A DNA stretch of 48,754 nt from a bacterium (GTDB lineage Bacteria > Bacillota > Clostridia > Lachnospirales > Lachnospiraceae): positions 1 to 48,754 of the forward strand of contig CAVELH010000002.1 of the NCBI GenBank assembly GCA_963616385.1, in the 5' to 3' direction. This document shows positions 28,765 through 39,067 of the stretch, piece after piece; position 1 is the stretch's first letter, and each line of letters opens with the position of its first letter. The notes beneath the pieces were generated by a model that was not told the DNA's origin, made no database searches, and worked only from the letters and a program-made list of their open reading frames with translations. A program made the translations under genes and the position numbers.

Positions 28765-31218
28765 CTATGCACGACACGAAAAATCTGCCTTATCCAGAGT
28801 GAGGTTTACATTGTAGTATGGATCTCCCTCATCTAATATCTCTGGCCATCTGTTCTGGAATCTCCGCATTTCACTATTGAATCTCTCTATCTTCTCAGGA
28901 GTGTCCTCAAGTCCTCTTGATTTCGACTCATAATGATAGAGCTTTGCATTAGGATTATACACAATAAGCTTTCCTGTTTTTCTTATCTTCATGCAGAAAT
29001 CTATATCATTAAATGCGACCTTGAAGCTCTCCTCAAGTCCACCAACTTCCTCAAATACAGACTTCTTTGTCATAAGACACGCTGCTGTGACAGCACTGTA
29101 ATCACAGGCAACCTTGGTTCTTGACTGATATAAACCTGCTTCCTCTCTTAGTCCCACAAATGCATGACCTGCTATGCCGCCAAATCCGATAACGACACCT
29201 GCATGCTGTATGCTTCCGTCCTCATAATAAAGTCTTGCACCTACTGCCCCGACCTCCTCACGCTGACAATATCCTATCATCTGAGAAAGACAGTCTGAAT
29301 TAATAATCTCTGTGTCGTTATTCAAGAGCAATACATACTCGCCCTTAGCATTTGCAACTCCATAATTGTTAATGGCAGAATAATTAAACTCGTCCTTCCA
29401 ATATAAAACATTGACATTTTTTCTCTTGGAAATCTCGTCATAAAACTTAAATGTCTCGTCCTGCTCACTGTTATTCTCAACAATTACATATTCATAATTT
29501 CTGTAATCCGATTTCTCATCTATCGCATCCATGCATTTCTTAAGGTCCGCAACATGATCCTTGTTAGGGATAACTATAGAAAGCAACGGGCTGCCCTCTA
29601 TCTCATAGGTTGTCTTATAAAATCCCCAGTCGTCACCATGCTCCACTATAGCCTTTATTCCCATTCTCTTATAGTGAGCCTCGATAGCACGCTTTCCTGC
29701 CTCAAATGCATAGAGCTTAGCCTCAGGTGCCTCGGCAGTAGAGCCCGCATGTGAACGCCATCTGTATAAAATCTTAGGAATATGATGTATTCCATCTGCC
29801 TTTTCTATACAGCGGAATATAAAGTCATAATCCTGAGCACCGTTGTACTCACTATTAAAATTACCGATGCTGTCAACCAGCTTCTTTGATGCCACAAACA
29901 TATGACATATATAGTTATTGCTTCTCAGCAAATCAATGTTAAAATCAGGCTTAAAGTTAGGCTCAAAGAATGTTGTTCCCTGAGAATCCACCTTGTCCTC
30001 ATCCGTATAGATTACATCAACCTTCTTCTCATTTAATGCCTTTACACACTCATACAACGCATCCAGAGTGAACAAATCATCATGGTCTCCGAGCACAATA
30101 TAATCACCTGTTGCCTCAGCCAATGCCTGATTTGTGTTCTCTGATATGCCAAGCGGCTCATTTGCCTTTGCGATATATCTTATTCTGTCATCCTTCTTCG
30201 CAAGCTGCTCTACTATCTTCCTGAGCCTGTCATGTGACTTGCTTCCGTCCGAAAGGCACAGCTCCCAGTCAGAGTAGGTCTGCTCACAAACTGATGCAAC
30301 AAGCTCCTTAAGATAATTCTCATCAGTCTCGTACATCGGAACTAAAATACTGAACTTAGGTCTGTAAGAAAATTCCTCTTTTCTCTGCTCGGCAAGCTCA
30401 TGAGGGGTTGGCATTTTCTTCTTTATCCATTTCTCATAGCTCTTTACCTCACGCCTTGTCTTTCTCTCTATGAGGTGCTTCGCACGCTCAAGTGTTGCCT
30501 TAAAACCATAATCCCTAAGACTGTCTACTGTCTTTTTGGCATATTTAACAGCACTTCCTATCGGTGATGTACTTCCATATCCGGACATGCCGCCTATAGG
30601 ATAACTGTTTACCTTATCGCCGGCAGTAAGCTTAAGTGTAGCCTTTCCTATATCATGCGGAAATCTTAACACAAAACCTGCCATAACAGGCTCGCTAAGC
30701 TCCGCAAACTCCTCAGCCACATCAGACCTCATATACCAATCAACAGCGAGCTTGTCTTTCTTAGACTCGCCCTCTGAGTCAACAACATCTATGTCTATAT
30801 CATCCTTATCAACACACCAGCCCTTTATGATAAGGTGCGTTCCATCACTGGATATATTCTCAATACAGGTATTGATTTCTCCTGCTGCCTTCTTAAGCTT
30901 CTCGCCCGAGCATTTGTATAGAAGCTTACCATCAGTGATAAGTCTTAAGCTCGCTTTATCCGCTATATTCTCAGGTATATCAACCGAAAATGTAATCTTG
31001 TACTTTATATTCTCATCCTTTATATAACTGTCCTGTGTGACAGGTATCTGATTCATGCTATATGAAACATTAAGCCTGCAATCATCCTTACCATCCATAT
31101 ACATGGCATCAAGTGTAACACCATCCATGAAGTCTTTGGTACACATACCCTGTATCATTATCTGATTTGATTTTGTGACACTGCTTCTAATCTTGCTAAA
31201 GTAGAATTTACTATCCAT
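28765..31218 (-). CDS. Two-domain family 2 glycosyltransferase with N-terminal extension
   Basis: FSILVPMY, LGDHDD, YTDEDK, AQDYDF, LLLNNDTE, QHAGVV, AVTAAC, FNDIDFC, HYESKSRG. Confidence 0.92.
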   Translation of the reverse strand: MDSKFYFSKIRSSVTKSNQIMIQGMCTKDFMDGVTLDAMYMDGKDDCRLNVSYSMNQIPVTQDSYIKDENIKYKITFSVDIPENIADKASLRLITDGKLLYKCSGEKLKKAAGEINTCIENISSDGTHLIIKGWCVDKDDIDIDVVDSEGESKKDKLAVDWYMRSDVAEEFAELSEPVMAGFVLRFPHDIGKATLKLTAGDKVNSYPIGGMSGYGSTSPIGSAVKYAKKTVDSLRDYGFKATLERAKHLIERKTRREVKSYEKWIKKKMPTPHELAEQRKEEFSYRPKFSILVPMYETDENYLKELVASVCEQTYSDWELCLSDGSKSHDRLRKIVEQLAKKDDRIRYIAKANEPLGISENTNQALAEATGDYIVLGDHDDLFTLDALYECVKALNEKKVDVIYTDEDKVDSQGTTFFEPNFKPDFNIDLLRSNNYICHMFVASKKLVDSIGNFNSEYNGAQDYDFIFRCIEKADGIHHIPKILYRWRSHAGSTAEAPEAKLYAFEAGKRAIEAHYKRMGIKAIVEHGDDWGFYKTTYEIEGSPLLSIVIPNKDHVADLKKCMDAIDEKSDYRNYEYVIVENNSEQDETFKFYDEISKRKNVNVLYWKDEFNYSAINNYGVANAKGEYVLLLNNDTEIINSDCLSQMIGYCQREEVGAVGARLYYEDGSIQHAGVVIGFGGIAGHAFVGLREEAGLYQSRTKVACDYSAVTAACLMTKKSVFEEVGGLEESFKVAFNDIDFCMKIRKTGKLIVYNPNAKLYHYESKSRGLEDTPEKIERFNSEMRRFQNRWPEILDEGDPYYNVNLTLDKADFSCRA

Positions 31219-31512
31219 AATTTAACTTCGCTTTCTATATATTTGCATAGTTATAATAAAGTTTATCATATACCCAGACGATATACAAGCAGTTGTCGAT
31301 TCGTAAGTAATATACACAAATAATAGGTAATTACACAGATATTTTATAATGCAAATACACGAATAATTTGTAGTTATTTGACGAGCGTTTTTGTTTGCCA
31401 TACATATTAGATTATTTTATAATACATTCATCATATGAATTTAGTTTGATTTACATCTTCCATTTATCAATCTTCCAACCATACTGAATTTAACAATAGT
31501 GATTCATATGAT

Positions 31513-31549
31513 ATAAAAAGAGAAGCCACCCATCGACTTCTCTTTTTAT
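31513..31549 (-). terminator. Intrinsic terminator after the Rad50-like gene
   Basis: ATAAAAAGAGAAG / CTTCTCTTTTTAT perfect 13-bp stem right after the stop at 31553. Confidence 0.8.
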
Positions 31550-31552
31550 GAT

Positions 31553-33955
31553 TTATACCTCTATTACATTGCCTCCAAGCATATCCGCCATGGCAGGCTC
31601 ACAGGTCATAAATATAACCTGATTATGCTTGGCAAATTCACAGAGCAGCTTGGCAGAATTCTTTCTTCTTGCAGGATCCATATCAAGCAGAATGTCATCA
31701 AGCACGATAACTCCGCCCTCATCCTCAAAGAAGAAATCAAGCACAGCAAGCTTAAATGCCAGAAGAATTGTACTCTTAGTTCCCTCAGATAAGAGCTTAT
31801 AGGAATTCACAGGTATTCCCCTGCTCGTAAGCTCTAGTGAAAGATTCTCTCCCATATTCTCTATATGAACTCCATCTAAGGTTATAGCACTTAGATATTC
31901 GCTCATCCTTGACATAAGCTTATCCGTTGGCTTCTCCCCCATGCTATCCTTAATATCAAGAAAATCCCTCTCTATTCTGGAATATATTCTATACTCGTTA
32001 AGCCTCTTCCTGTGTTCATCTAAACACAGTGAAGCCTCATCCTTAAGCTCATCTATGTCCAGCTCGTCTATCTCTGCGGCAAGCCTACTCTTTAACTGAA
32101 AGCCTGTCTTGTATCTCTCACCAAGCTCAATAATAGCTTCCCTGAGCCTTTCCTCCTGCTCCTCAAAATCGTCGTTCTCCGCAAGCAGTGGAAGCTCACT
32201 AAGGCGTTTTTCGTACACAGCCTCATCCTTTTTCTTCTTGTCTATGGCAAGCTTAAGACCTTCCTCGTCCCCGAAGCTTTCCTCATATTCCTTAAGCCTT
32301 TTTTCAACCAAAGCCTTTACAGCATCAAGACTTCCAGCTCTATATTTATCCCTATACTCATTTACCTTATCATCAAGAGAAGGGGAGATATCAAGCTCGG
32401 ACATAATCTCATACGAAGTAAGCTCCTTTTCCATTTCCTTTATGGTCTTTCCCTCAAGCTTTGCATTTATACTCTCAGAAAGTCTCTGCTGTAGCAAATG
32501 CTTATCACTGCATTGTTTTCTATATTCTGCAAGCTTCTTTGTCGTCTTAACATTATACTCTGATAATAGGGCATAAAGCTTTGCCTTAAGCTCATCTATC
32601 TCATTTCTAAGCATCTCTGAGTTAATGCCATCTGTATCGACAACTATCTCCGCAACCTCCGGAATATCAAGCTTTACATAACCATTTAGGCTTAATGTCT
32701 CGTCAGACTTAATTGCCCTTGTTCCGTCAGCACTCTCAACATTAATTATGGTGTTATTTAAAGGCTTAACCTGTGCCTTAAACTTAACACCCATAAGAGA
32801 CCTCTCCATCGCAGAAAGCTCAGCCTCAATTCTTCCAGCCTCGTCATATGCCTTATCAAGTTTTTTAATGCTACGCTCGTTAATATCTATATCATCAAGC
32901 CTTGCCTTAAGCTCCTTTATCTCTGACAGCTTAGCTTCAAGCTTATCACGCTTCTGTCTCCTCTCACGCTCTGCAAGCTGCGCCATAAGGCTCTCTATCT
33001 CCAAATGCTCCTCTTTACGTTTCGGCCAGTCAAGCAAGGTCTGCTTCATAGAAGAAAGCTCACTTCGTATACGCTGCAAAAGCTCTGTATTAGCCTTTCT
33101 GTTGTGAAGATTAACCTTATTGTCAACGATATAATCAAGCCTCTGCTGTGTCTTTTTCTGCTCCTGCTCGCACAAAGCAAGGTCATCATCCAATCTCTGT
33201 ATCTCAGCAACCTTCCCCCTTACCTCATCTAATTTATGCTCAGCTCTCTTCCAGGTATAATATGTCTCCAATATCTTACCAACACTGTTTTTCCACGGAT
33301 CATTCAAATCCTTTATGCGTCCCCTGTCCTTCATCGGTGCGTTCATCTCGAAATCCCAGCGTCCGTCAAGCTCTGACATTCTCTCCCTTAAGGTTGCCTG
33401 AAGCTTATTTATATCTATTCCACCTATCACAGATGCATACTCAGACATTTTCTTCTTAATTACAGCCTTGCCATCCGTGTCCGACGCATCAAATATCCAT
33501 TTTAACACAAGCTCCTCATTGCTCTGCATGCCAAATACAACATTACTGTAAAATGCCGCTCCATACTTAAGCAGCTCAGCAAGCTTCTCCTCCGCACCTT
33601 TAGACTTATAACCCGTCTTATCAACAGCCACCTTAGTCGAAGGCTCAGAAAGCCATGTCTTTGAAACCTGAACCTCACTTCCTGCCATATCAAGAACAAC
33701 GTCACCATCTATATATATTCCGTCAGAGATATCCTTTCCCGATGGTTTATAGAGCTCAACGAAATTCTTATATCCCGATGAGCTTTTTTTCGTGTCAGCC
33801 GGCTGAAAGAGCGTGCTGTAAATACCGGCAATCATTGTACTTTTTCCAGCCTCATTATCACCCACTATAACATTCATGCCATCTGAGAATTCTATATCCC
33901 TGTCAATTATTCCCGCGAATTGTCCTGTTTTATATTTTTTAATCTTCATGGTCAA
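31553..33955 (-). CDS. Rad50/SbcC-like (YhaN-type) coiled-coil ABC ATPase
   Basis: Walker A GDNEAGKST, Q-loop FGMQ, long coiled coil, signature LSEGT, Walker B IVLDDILLDMD. Confidence 0.88.
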   Translation of the reverse strand: MTMKIKKYKTGQFAGIIDRDIEFSDGMNVIVGDNEAGKSTMIAGIYSTLFQPADTKKSSSGYKNFVELYKPSGKDISDGIYIDGDVVLDMAGSEVQVSKTWLSEPSTKVAVDKTGYKSKGAEEKLAELLKYGAAFYSNVVFGMQSNEELVLKWIFDASDTDGKAVIKKKMSEYASVIGGIDINKLQATLRERMSELDGRWDFEMNAPMKDRGRIKDLNDPWKNSVGKILETYYTWKRAEHKLDEVRGKVAEIQRLDDDLALCEQEQKKTQQRLDYIVDNKVNLHNRKANTELLQRIRSELSSMKQTLLDWPKRKEEHLEIESLMAQLAERERRQKRDKLEAKLSEIKELKARLDDIDINERSIKKLDKAYDEAGRIEAELSAMERSLMGVKFKAQVKPLNNTIINVESADGTRAIKSDETLSLNGYVKLDIPEVAEIVVDTDGINSEMLRNEIDELKAKLYALLSEYNVKTTKKLAEYRKQCSDKHLLQQRLSESINAKLEGKTIKEMEKELTSYEIMSELDISPSLDDKVNEYRDKYRAGSLDAVKALVEKRLKEYEESFGDEEGLKLAIDKKKKDEAVYEKRLSELPLLAENDDFEEQEERLREAIIELGERYKTGFQLKSRLAAEIDELDIDELKDEASLCLDEHRKRLNEYRIYSRIERDFLDIKDSMGEKPTDKLMSRMSEYLSAITLDGVHIENMGENLSLELTSRGIPVNSYKLLSEGTKSTILLAFKLAVLDFFFEDEGGVIVLDDILLDMDPARRKNSAKLLCEFAKHNQVIFMTCEPAMADMLGGNVIEV

Positions 33956-35076
33956 TTCTCCTTACATGACATAACTAATTCATATGCTGCTGCCAGAATA
34001 TCCGGCTCATCAACATATTTCTTAAGAAGCTTATTCTCAATGCTTCCCGTCATGGTTTCCTCATCTATCATCTGTGTGGTTATTTCCTTAGTTATATTAA
34101 GATATATTTTATCCAGATATAAAACCTTCTCCGCAACCAGCTTTTCTATCATCTGTCGCTTTTCATACTCATCTGAATTAGCTGTGCCATTCACAGTAAG
34201 GCGAAGAACCGTATTTTTCACATCAATACCAGACAGCTTTTCCGATATGAGCTTCTCTATCTTATCATCAGGTGTCACATTTATCACAAGCTCCAAAAAT
34301 CTTATTATTCCGGTCTTTACACGCTTAGCCCTTATATATTTCTGATTACCTATATCAATGACAAATACAGAGCCCTCCACGTTATTGTGTATGTTGGTCT
34401 GCTGATGCGTTCCCGCATTATATATTCTTGTATGTCCGATAACCTTATCATACTCACAGTAAGGCTCAGGTACATGTGCATGACCGAGCAGCCACACATC
34501 AACCGGAATATCATTTAACTCCTCCGGGCTCATGCTGTAATAATCGCCCTCCCTGTCAAATGACAAGCCTGAAAGTGAGCCATGCGCTATACCGATATTG
34601 GTAAATGAACCATCAAGCTCCTCTTCCTTAACCCATCCAAGTGCATTTTCGGAAGCATGCTTGTCATGACATATACATGGATAAAATCTTACCTTCTCAC
34701 CATTTATCACAGCTTCAAGCATCTTATTCTCAGTAAACAGGTATATATTATCACCGCAGACCTCGCTGAAATAATTCCACAATGTAGGCTCATCATCGTT
34801 GTAATAGTCATGGTTTCCCGGCAAGACATACACAGTTCCATTGTTAAATTCGTTCAGTATCGCACACACACTCTTGATTAGCTTCTGTGTGACATTGTGA
34901 TTCTCGAACAAATCTCCCGCAATTATAAATGCATCGCATTTTTCACTGTTGGCTATATCAACAGCATTTTGAAGTGCCTTAAGTCTTGCCTCTGTAATTG
35001 TATTTCTCGTCTCAACGGACTTAATCGTTGCATACTGTAGTCCGAAATGGCAGTCACTTATGTGTAAGATTTTCAC
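33952..35076 (-). CDS. Mre11/SbcD-like (YhaO-type) metallophosphoesterase nuclease
   Basis: HISDCH, AGDLFE, PGNHD, AHG, LGHAH; GTG start; abuts or overlaps the start of the ATPase gene. Confidence 0.9.
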   Translation of the reverse strand: MKILHISDCHFGLQYATIKSVETRNTITEARLKALQNAVDIANSEKCDAFIIAGDLFENHNVTQKLIKSVCAILNEFNNGTVYVLPGNHDYYNDDEPTLWNYFSEVCGDNIYLFTENKMLEAVINGEKVRFYPCICHDKHASENALGWVKEEELDGSFTNIGIAHGSLSGLSFDREGDYYSMSPEELNDIPVDVWLLGHAHVPEPYCEYDKVIGHTRIYNAGTHQQTNIHNNVEGSVFVIDIGNQKYIRAKRVKTGIIRFLELVINVTPDDKIEKLISEKLSGIDVKNTVLRLTVNGTANSDEYEKRQMIEKLVAEKVLYLDKIYLNITKEITTQMIDEETMTGSIENKLLKKYVDEPDILAAAYELVMSCKEN

Positions 35077-35101
35077 TGGAGTTATCCTTTCTGTTTTATA
35101 T

Positions 35102-35320
35102 CTAATGATTCTTCTTATACTCCACTATAATAGTAATAACACCTAATATCAACAACAAAATACCACACACTAATATAATTGTTCCGCCCACAGATGTTCG
35201 CTCCAGTTCATGCTGTGTAACCGGGTTACCCTTGTTTAAAAATTCTCTTACACCCTGTGGATTCTGTCTTGCCATTACACCAAATACTATACACAAAATA
35301 CCAATTATTAAAAATTTCAT
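35102..35320 (-). CDS. Small two-TM membrane protein
   Basis: 72 aa with hydrophobic N- and C-terminal segments; GAGGGG RBS. Confidence 0.7.
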   Translation of the reverse strand: MKFLIIGILCIVFGVMARQNPQGVREFLNKGNPVTQHELERTSVGGTIILVCGILLLILGVITIIVEYKKNH

Positions 35321-35450
35321 TATAATACCCCCTCACATTTATAATACCGAAATCATCTGTCGTTGATGTCAACATACTCAGCTGAATGAACTTTATTGTA
35401 ATCATCCATTGACAAACAATATAATATCAGATTTTTCATTACCTTGTCCT

Positions 35451-36197
35451 TTATTTTATCACATTTAATGCATGTATCAGTTTATTTATCTCTAATATAT
35501 TTTCATCCCATTCAATATTCGTATGTGTCCGTTTAACATAATAATTAAAATAACGTTCCACATTATCTTTGTCAGGATATTCACTTACAAACGGATAATT
35601 CAAAAAATATTCCATGGCATCTACCACGGCAATAAGCTTATTATTTCTTCTTTTTATCGAATATACCTTATCAATTATATACATACGGTTAAAAGGCACT
35701 TCTGTTATATTGTTGCTATCCATCACATATTTGATACGCATTTGACTTCCTGTATATCTAACAGCATCATAAACAGCAATATTACCATTTAATAACACAC
35801 TCGTTTTATGCCTTTTAATATTAACATTTGTTTTGTCCTTTGAAGCACTATGACTCTCCATATATGCCCCCACGCCGCCGAGAACCAATGCTGATATTAA
35901 AAAAAATGGTATTGCCAACATACTAAATAAAGCTACATTTCTTAAAGTCATATTACTGCTTCTTTTACTGTATATAATAAACACAACACACGCAATTACA
36001 AATGATACAGCAGTAAGGACAAGACACAATTTCATTAACGCAAACACTGTCCTATATGTTTTTTTCTTATCTAAGCTTTCACGATTATTACAAGCAAGTC
36101 CACTTGCTGCAATTTCATTATCTATTGTGTAGTCCACCTGTTGAAGCATGCGCTGAAAGTCATCCATAGGAGAGTGATCTGATATAAAATGTGCCAT
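35451..36197 (-). CDS. Hypothetical two-TM membrane protein
   Basis: 248 aa, two hydrophobic helices then a soluble C-terminal domain; AAGGA RBS. Confidence 0.75.
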   Translation of the reverse strand: MAHFISDHSPMDDFQRMLQQVDYTIDNEIAASGLACNNRESLDKKKTYRTVFALMKLCLVLTAVSFVIACVVFIIYSKRSSNMTLRNVALFSMLAIPFFLISALVLGGVGAYMESHSASKDKTNVNIKRHKTSVLLNGNIAVYDAVRYTGSQMRIKYVMDSNNITEVPFNRMYIIDKVYSIKRRNNKLIAVVDAMEYFLNYPFVSEYPDKDNVERYFNYYVKRTHTNIEWDENILEINKLIHALNVIK

Positions 36198-36214
36198 AAA
36201 TACATCCTTCCCAT

Positions 36215-37543
36215 TTATACCATAAGACTTAATATTGGTTTATTTGACGCCTCAACGATACGTTTATCCGCTGCTGCCTTCTCTGTCTCGTGCATATCCT
36301 CATATATCATTGAGCGAAGAAGATAACCCTCTATAAATTCTCCATTTGTCAATGTTATGATGTAATTGGCTGCATCTAATGCCTTCCCATAATCCTTAAG
36401 TGCCTTATATGCTACACAACGATACACATACAGATTAACATTTCTTGGCTGCTTAACACATTCAGAACGAAACTCAACAACAGCTGCATTAAATAGTGCA
36501 TTTGCCTTTTCTATATCATTTTTCTTGTAAAATGCTAATGCTTCATAATATACCGCTGCATAATATGGAACTAAATCCTCCGCCTTATCCTTGTGTTTTT
36601 TTATTTCCCTTGCATAATATATTGCGCTGTCGTAGTCTGCTTCTGTGAGTTTCTTAAACATTACATAATATGCCATACGATCATCATGCTCAGAATTAAG
36701 CACTGATAGAGCCACCTGCTCAACCTCATCAAACCTTTTTGCCTTAAACAAAAGATTTGCCTTATCTTTTATAAGATTGTCCCATCTTCCATCATCGTTA
36801 TTCGCCATAAAATAATTATCTATAACTTCTATTGCCTCATTGTACATTTGCTCATGATCATAATACATCATTAAATCATATTTAAATCCAAGGTCATCGG
36901 AGAACATATCTATTGCCTTATCAAGCGTCTGCTTTGCTTCCTCTGCGTTATTCATTGCAAGCAATGCCATAAATCTGTAGTGATATCCTTCAAACGCCTC
37001 TGGCTTAATCTCTATCAAATGCTTTGCATTATACAATGCCTTAGAATAATCTCCAGCCTGTATACACAGCTGTATCTTCTTGACCGTTGCCTTACCTTCA
37101 TATGGTGCCTGCTGTTCAGCCTTTCCATAATAATATAATGCAGCATCCACTTCGCCCTGCTCAGCGAGACAGTTAGCCAGATGAAAATATACGTTATTTG
37201 TATCAAATCCCAGCTCTATTGCCTTTGAATATGACGCCTTTGCTTTGGCTATATCATTATTCAGATATGCAACATTTCCCTCCTGATAGTAAATAACACC
37301 CTGCGAATCATCTATCAGCTTAGCTTTAGCAAGCTCCTTTTCAGCAAGCTCAAGCTTAGAAATCATTATGTACATTACCGCCCTATCTAGATATATCTTA
37401 ATAACCTTTTTATCTATTTTCTCTGCTGCATCAAGCTTTTCAATTGCAAGCTCTATCTTGCCAGTAGCAGCAATCGCTTCCGCCTGCCTTATTAACTCCT
37501 GGACCTCTATTGAAATATTACTCTGTGTCATCGTCTGTTCCAT
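36215..37543 (-). CDS. Tetratricopeptide-repeat protein
   Basis: Repeated TPR patterns (YYQEGNVAY...AKASYSKAIEL; YFHLANCL...ALYYYGKA); AGGAGG RBS. Confidence 0.88.
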   Translation of the reverse strand: MEQTMTQSNISIEVQELIRQAEAIAATGKIELAIEKLDAAEKIDKKVIKIYLDRAVMYIMISKLELAEKELAKAKLIDDSQGVIYYQEGNVAYLNNDIAKAKASYSKAIELGFDTNNVYFHLANCLAEQGEVDAALYYYGKAEQQAPYEGKATVKKIQLCIQAGDYSKALYNAKHLIEIKPEAFEGYHYRFMALLAMNNAEEAKQTLDKAIDMFSDDLGFKYDLMMYYDHEQMYNEAIEVIDNYFMANNDDGRWDNLIKDKANLLFKAKRFDEVEQVALSVLNSEHDDRMAYYVMFKKLTEADYDSAIYYAREIKKHKDKAEDLVPYYAAVYYEALAFYKKNDIEKANALFNAAVVEFRSECVKQPRNVNLYVYRCVAYKALKDYGKALDAANYIITLTNGEFIEGYLLRSMIYEDMHETEKAAADKRIVEASNKPILSLMV

Positions 37544-37579
37544 AATAACCTCCTATAAATATAGTTATATATTTTGAAT

Positions 37580-38821
37580 CTAAGCAATTAATATCTTTGG
37601 AGATATTTCTCTATTTTTTTCTCTATACATTTCAAAATACTCTTCCATCTTATCTTCATTATTCATTTTATTATATATTTCACTAATGACGTAATATACA
37701 GTATGGATGTCATTCACAAATACTGTTTCCATATATTCCGCACATTTTAATGCCTCATCATAATTTCCCAACGAAATTAATGATAATGTTCTATATAAAT
37801 ACAAATCAAAAATCATTGGATATTTTAAGCACTTTTCCATATATTTTTTTAATGCTTCTTTAAATATTTCTTCAGATTTATCAGTATTTTCCAATATTTT
37901 ATATATGTAGCCTTCATAATATATTGCACTTAAATACCATATTTCATAATCTGAATCGTTTTTATTATCCTTAATAAGATTTATACATTGTAGCGCTTTA
38001 TGATAATTTTCCAAATGAATTAAACTGATTATCATAATCAAGGCTATTTCATCAAGATACAGTGTCTTAAATAAATCCGTTCCAAGCTTATCAACCTCAT
38101 CATACTCTCTCAAATTATATAATATTTTTATTTTCATTTGTTTAACATATATATTATCAGCAAATTCAGAATCATTTTCTGAATATATCTCTAAGCATCT
38201 TAACGCTTCCTCATAATTACCAATAGTACTGTAATAATTAATCAAGTCATATTTTATGTTGATATCATCAGGGAATTTATCCAGACAATAATTAATAATC
38301 TCCGTAGCTCTTTCTATGTTATTGTACCTGAGATTAACAAGAAAATTAAAATGATAGCCACTGCTTATATCAGGAAATTCCTTCATAAGCTTTTGTGCAT
38401 TTATCAGACATTTTCTATAATCTTTTGCAGAAAAATAAATTGCAGCCTTTGCTTCCACAGCTCTACTCTTATCTGGATCCAGACCTTCCGCACGAGACAG
38501 CATTTCCACAGCTGCATTGTGCCTTCCAAGATATTGATATACATTACCAAGATGAAATGTCGAGCTTTCCGTAACGTATCCACCATTTATAGCATCCTCA
38601 TATGCCTTCATAGCTAATTGCATATTTCCATCCGAAAACTCTATTATCCCCTTATAAAATGACATAACTGCAGCCTCTGGTGCAAGCATACTTGCCCTCT
38701 CCAGATACTCCCGCGCTGCTTCTATGTTCATATCATCTATGCACCTTACAATATTTTCAAAACATAATCGGATTTCTTTTTCATTATCAGCTAACTGTTG
38801 TACTGTCTGTGCACTATCCAT
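37580..38821 (-). CDS. Tetratricopeptide-repeat protein, paralogue of 36215-37543
   Basis: TPR patterns (FHLGNVYQYLG...AVEMLSRA); colinear shared motifs GYH..F, F.DD...KYDL..YY, A.YYE, LY.YR. Confidence 0.88.
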   Translation of the reverse strand: MDSAQTVQQLADNEKEIRLCFENIVRCIDDMNIEAAREYLERASMLAPEAAVMSFYKGIIEFSDGNMQLAMKAYEDAINGGYVTESSTFHLGNVYQYLGRHNAAVEMLSRAEGLDPDKSRAVEAKAAIYFSAKDYRKCLINAQKLMKEFPDISSGYHFNFLVNLRYNNIERATEIINYCLDKFPDDINIKYDLINYYSTIGNYEEALRCLEIYSENDSEFADNIYVKQMKIKILYNLREYDEVDKLGTDLFKTLYLDEIALIMIISLIHLENYHKALQCINLIKDNKNDSDYEIWYLSAIYYEGYIYKILENTDKSEEIFKEALKKYMEKCLKYPMIFDLYLYRTLSLISLGNYDEALKCAEYMETVFVNDIHTVYYVISEIYNKMNNEDKMEEYFEMYREKNREISPKILIA

Positions 38822-38970
38822 TATTATTTTCTATCCTCCCTAGATTAAACATTCTTTTAATTCAATAATACGCATACAAATATATTTATTCAAACAAAAT
38901 CCTTGTTAAAGAAAACCGAAAAAGTTAAACATACAAAAAATTAATGTAAACATTTAGGCATAACGATTCA

Positions 38971-39034
38971 ATAACAGCAAAAATACCACAACAACGGGAA
39001 TCAAACCTCATCATTATGGCATTGTTGCTATAAC
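38971..39034 (-). terminator. G-U-rich hairpin downstream of the esxA-like gene (terminator or mRNA stabiliser)
   Basis: Minus strand TAGCAACAATGCCATAATGA pairs with TTGTTGTGGTATTTTTGCTG using several G-U pairs. Confidence 0.5.
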
Positions 39035-39067
39035 TTATTCTGTTTTGAGTAATTACAATTTCTTGTT

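Noticed and set aside
31219..31512. AT-rich ~290-bp intergenic region
   Set aside because: No ORF, repeat or convincing structure seen; probably the promoter region of the glycosyltransferase operon.
31553..35076. Assignment to a named defence system such as Wadjet, Lamassu or Gabija
   Set aside because: Only a metallophosphoesterase and a Rad50-like ATPase are present; the partner genes defining those systems are not recognisable.
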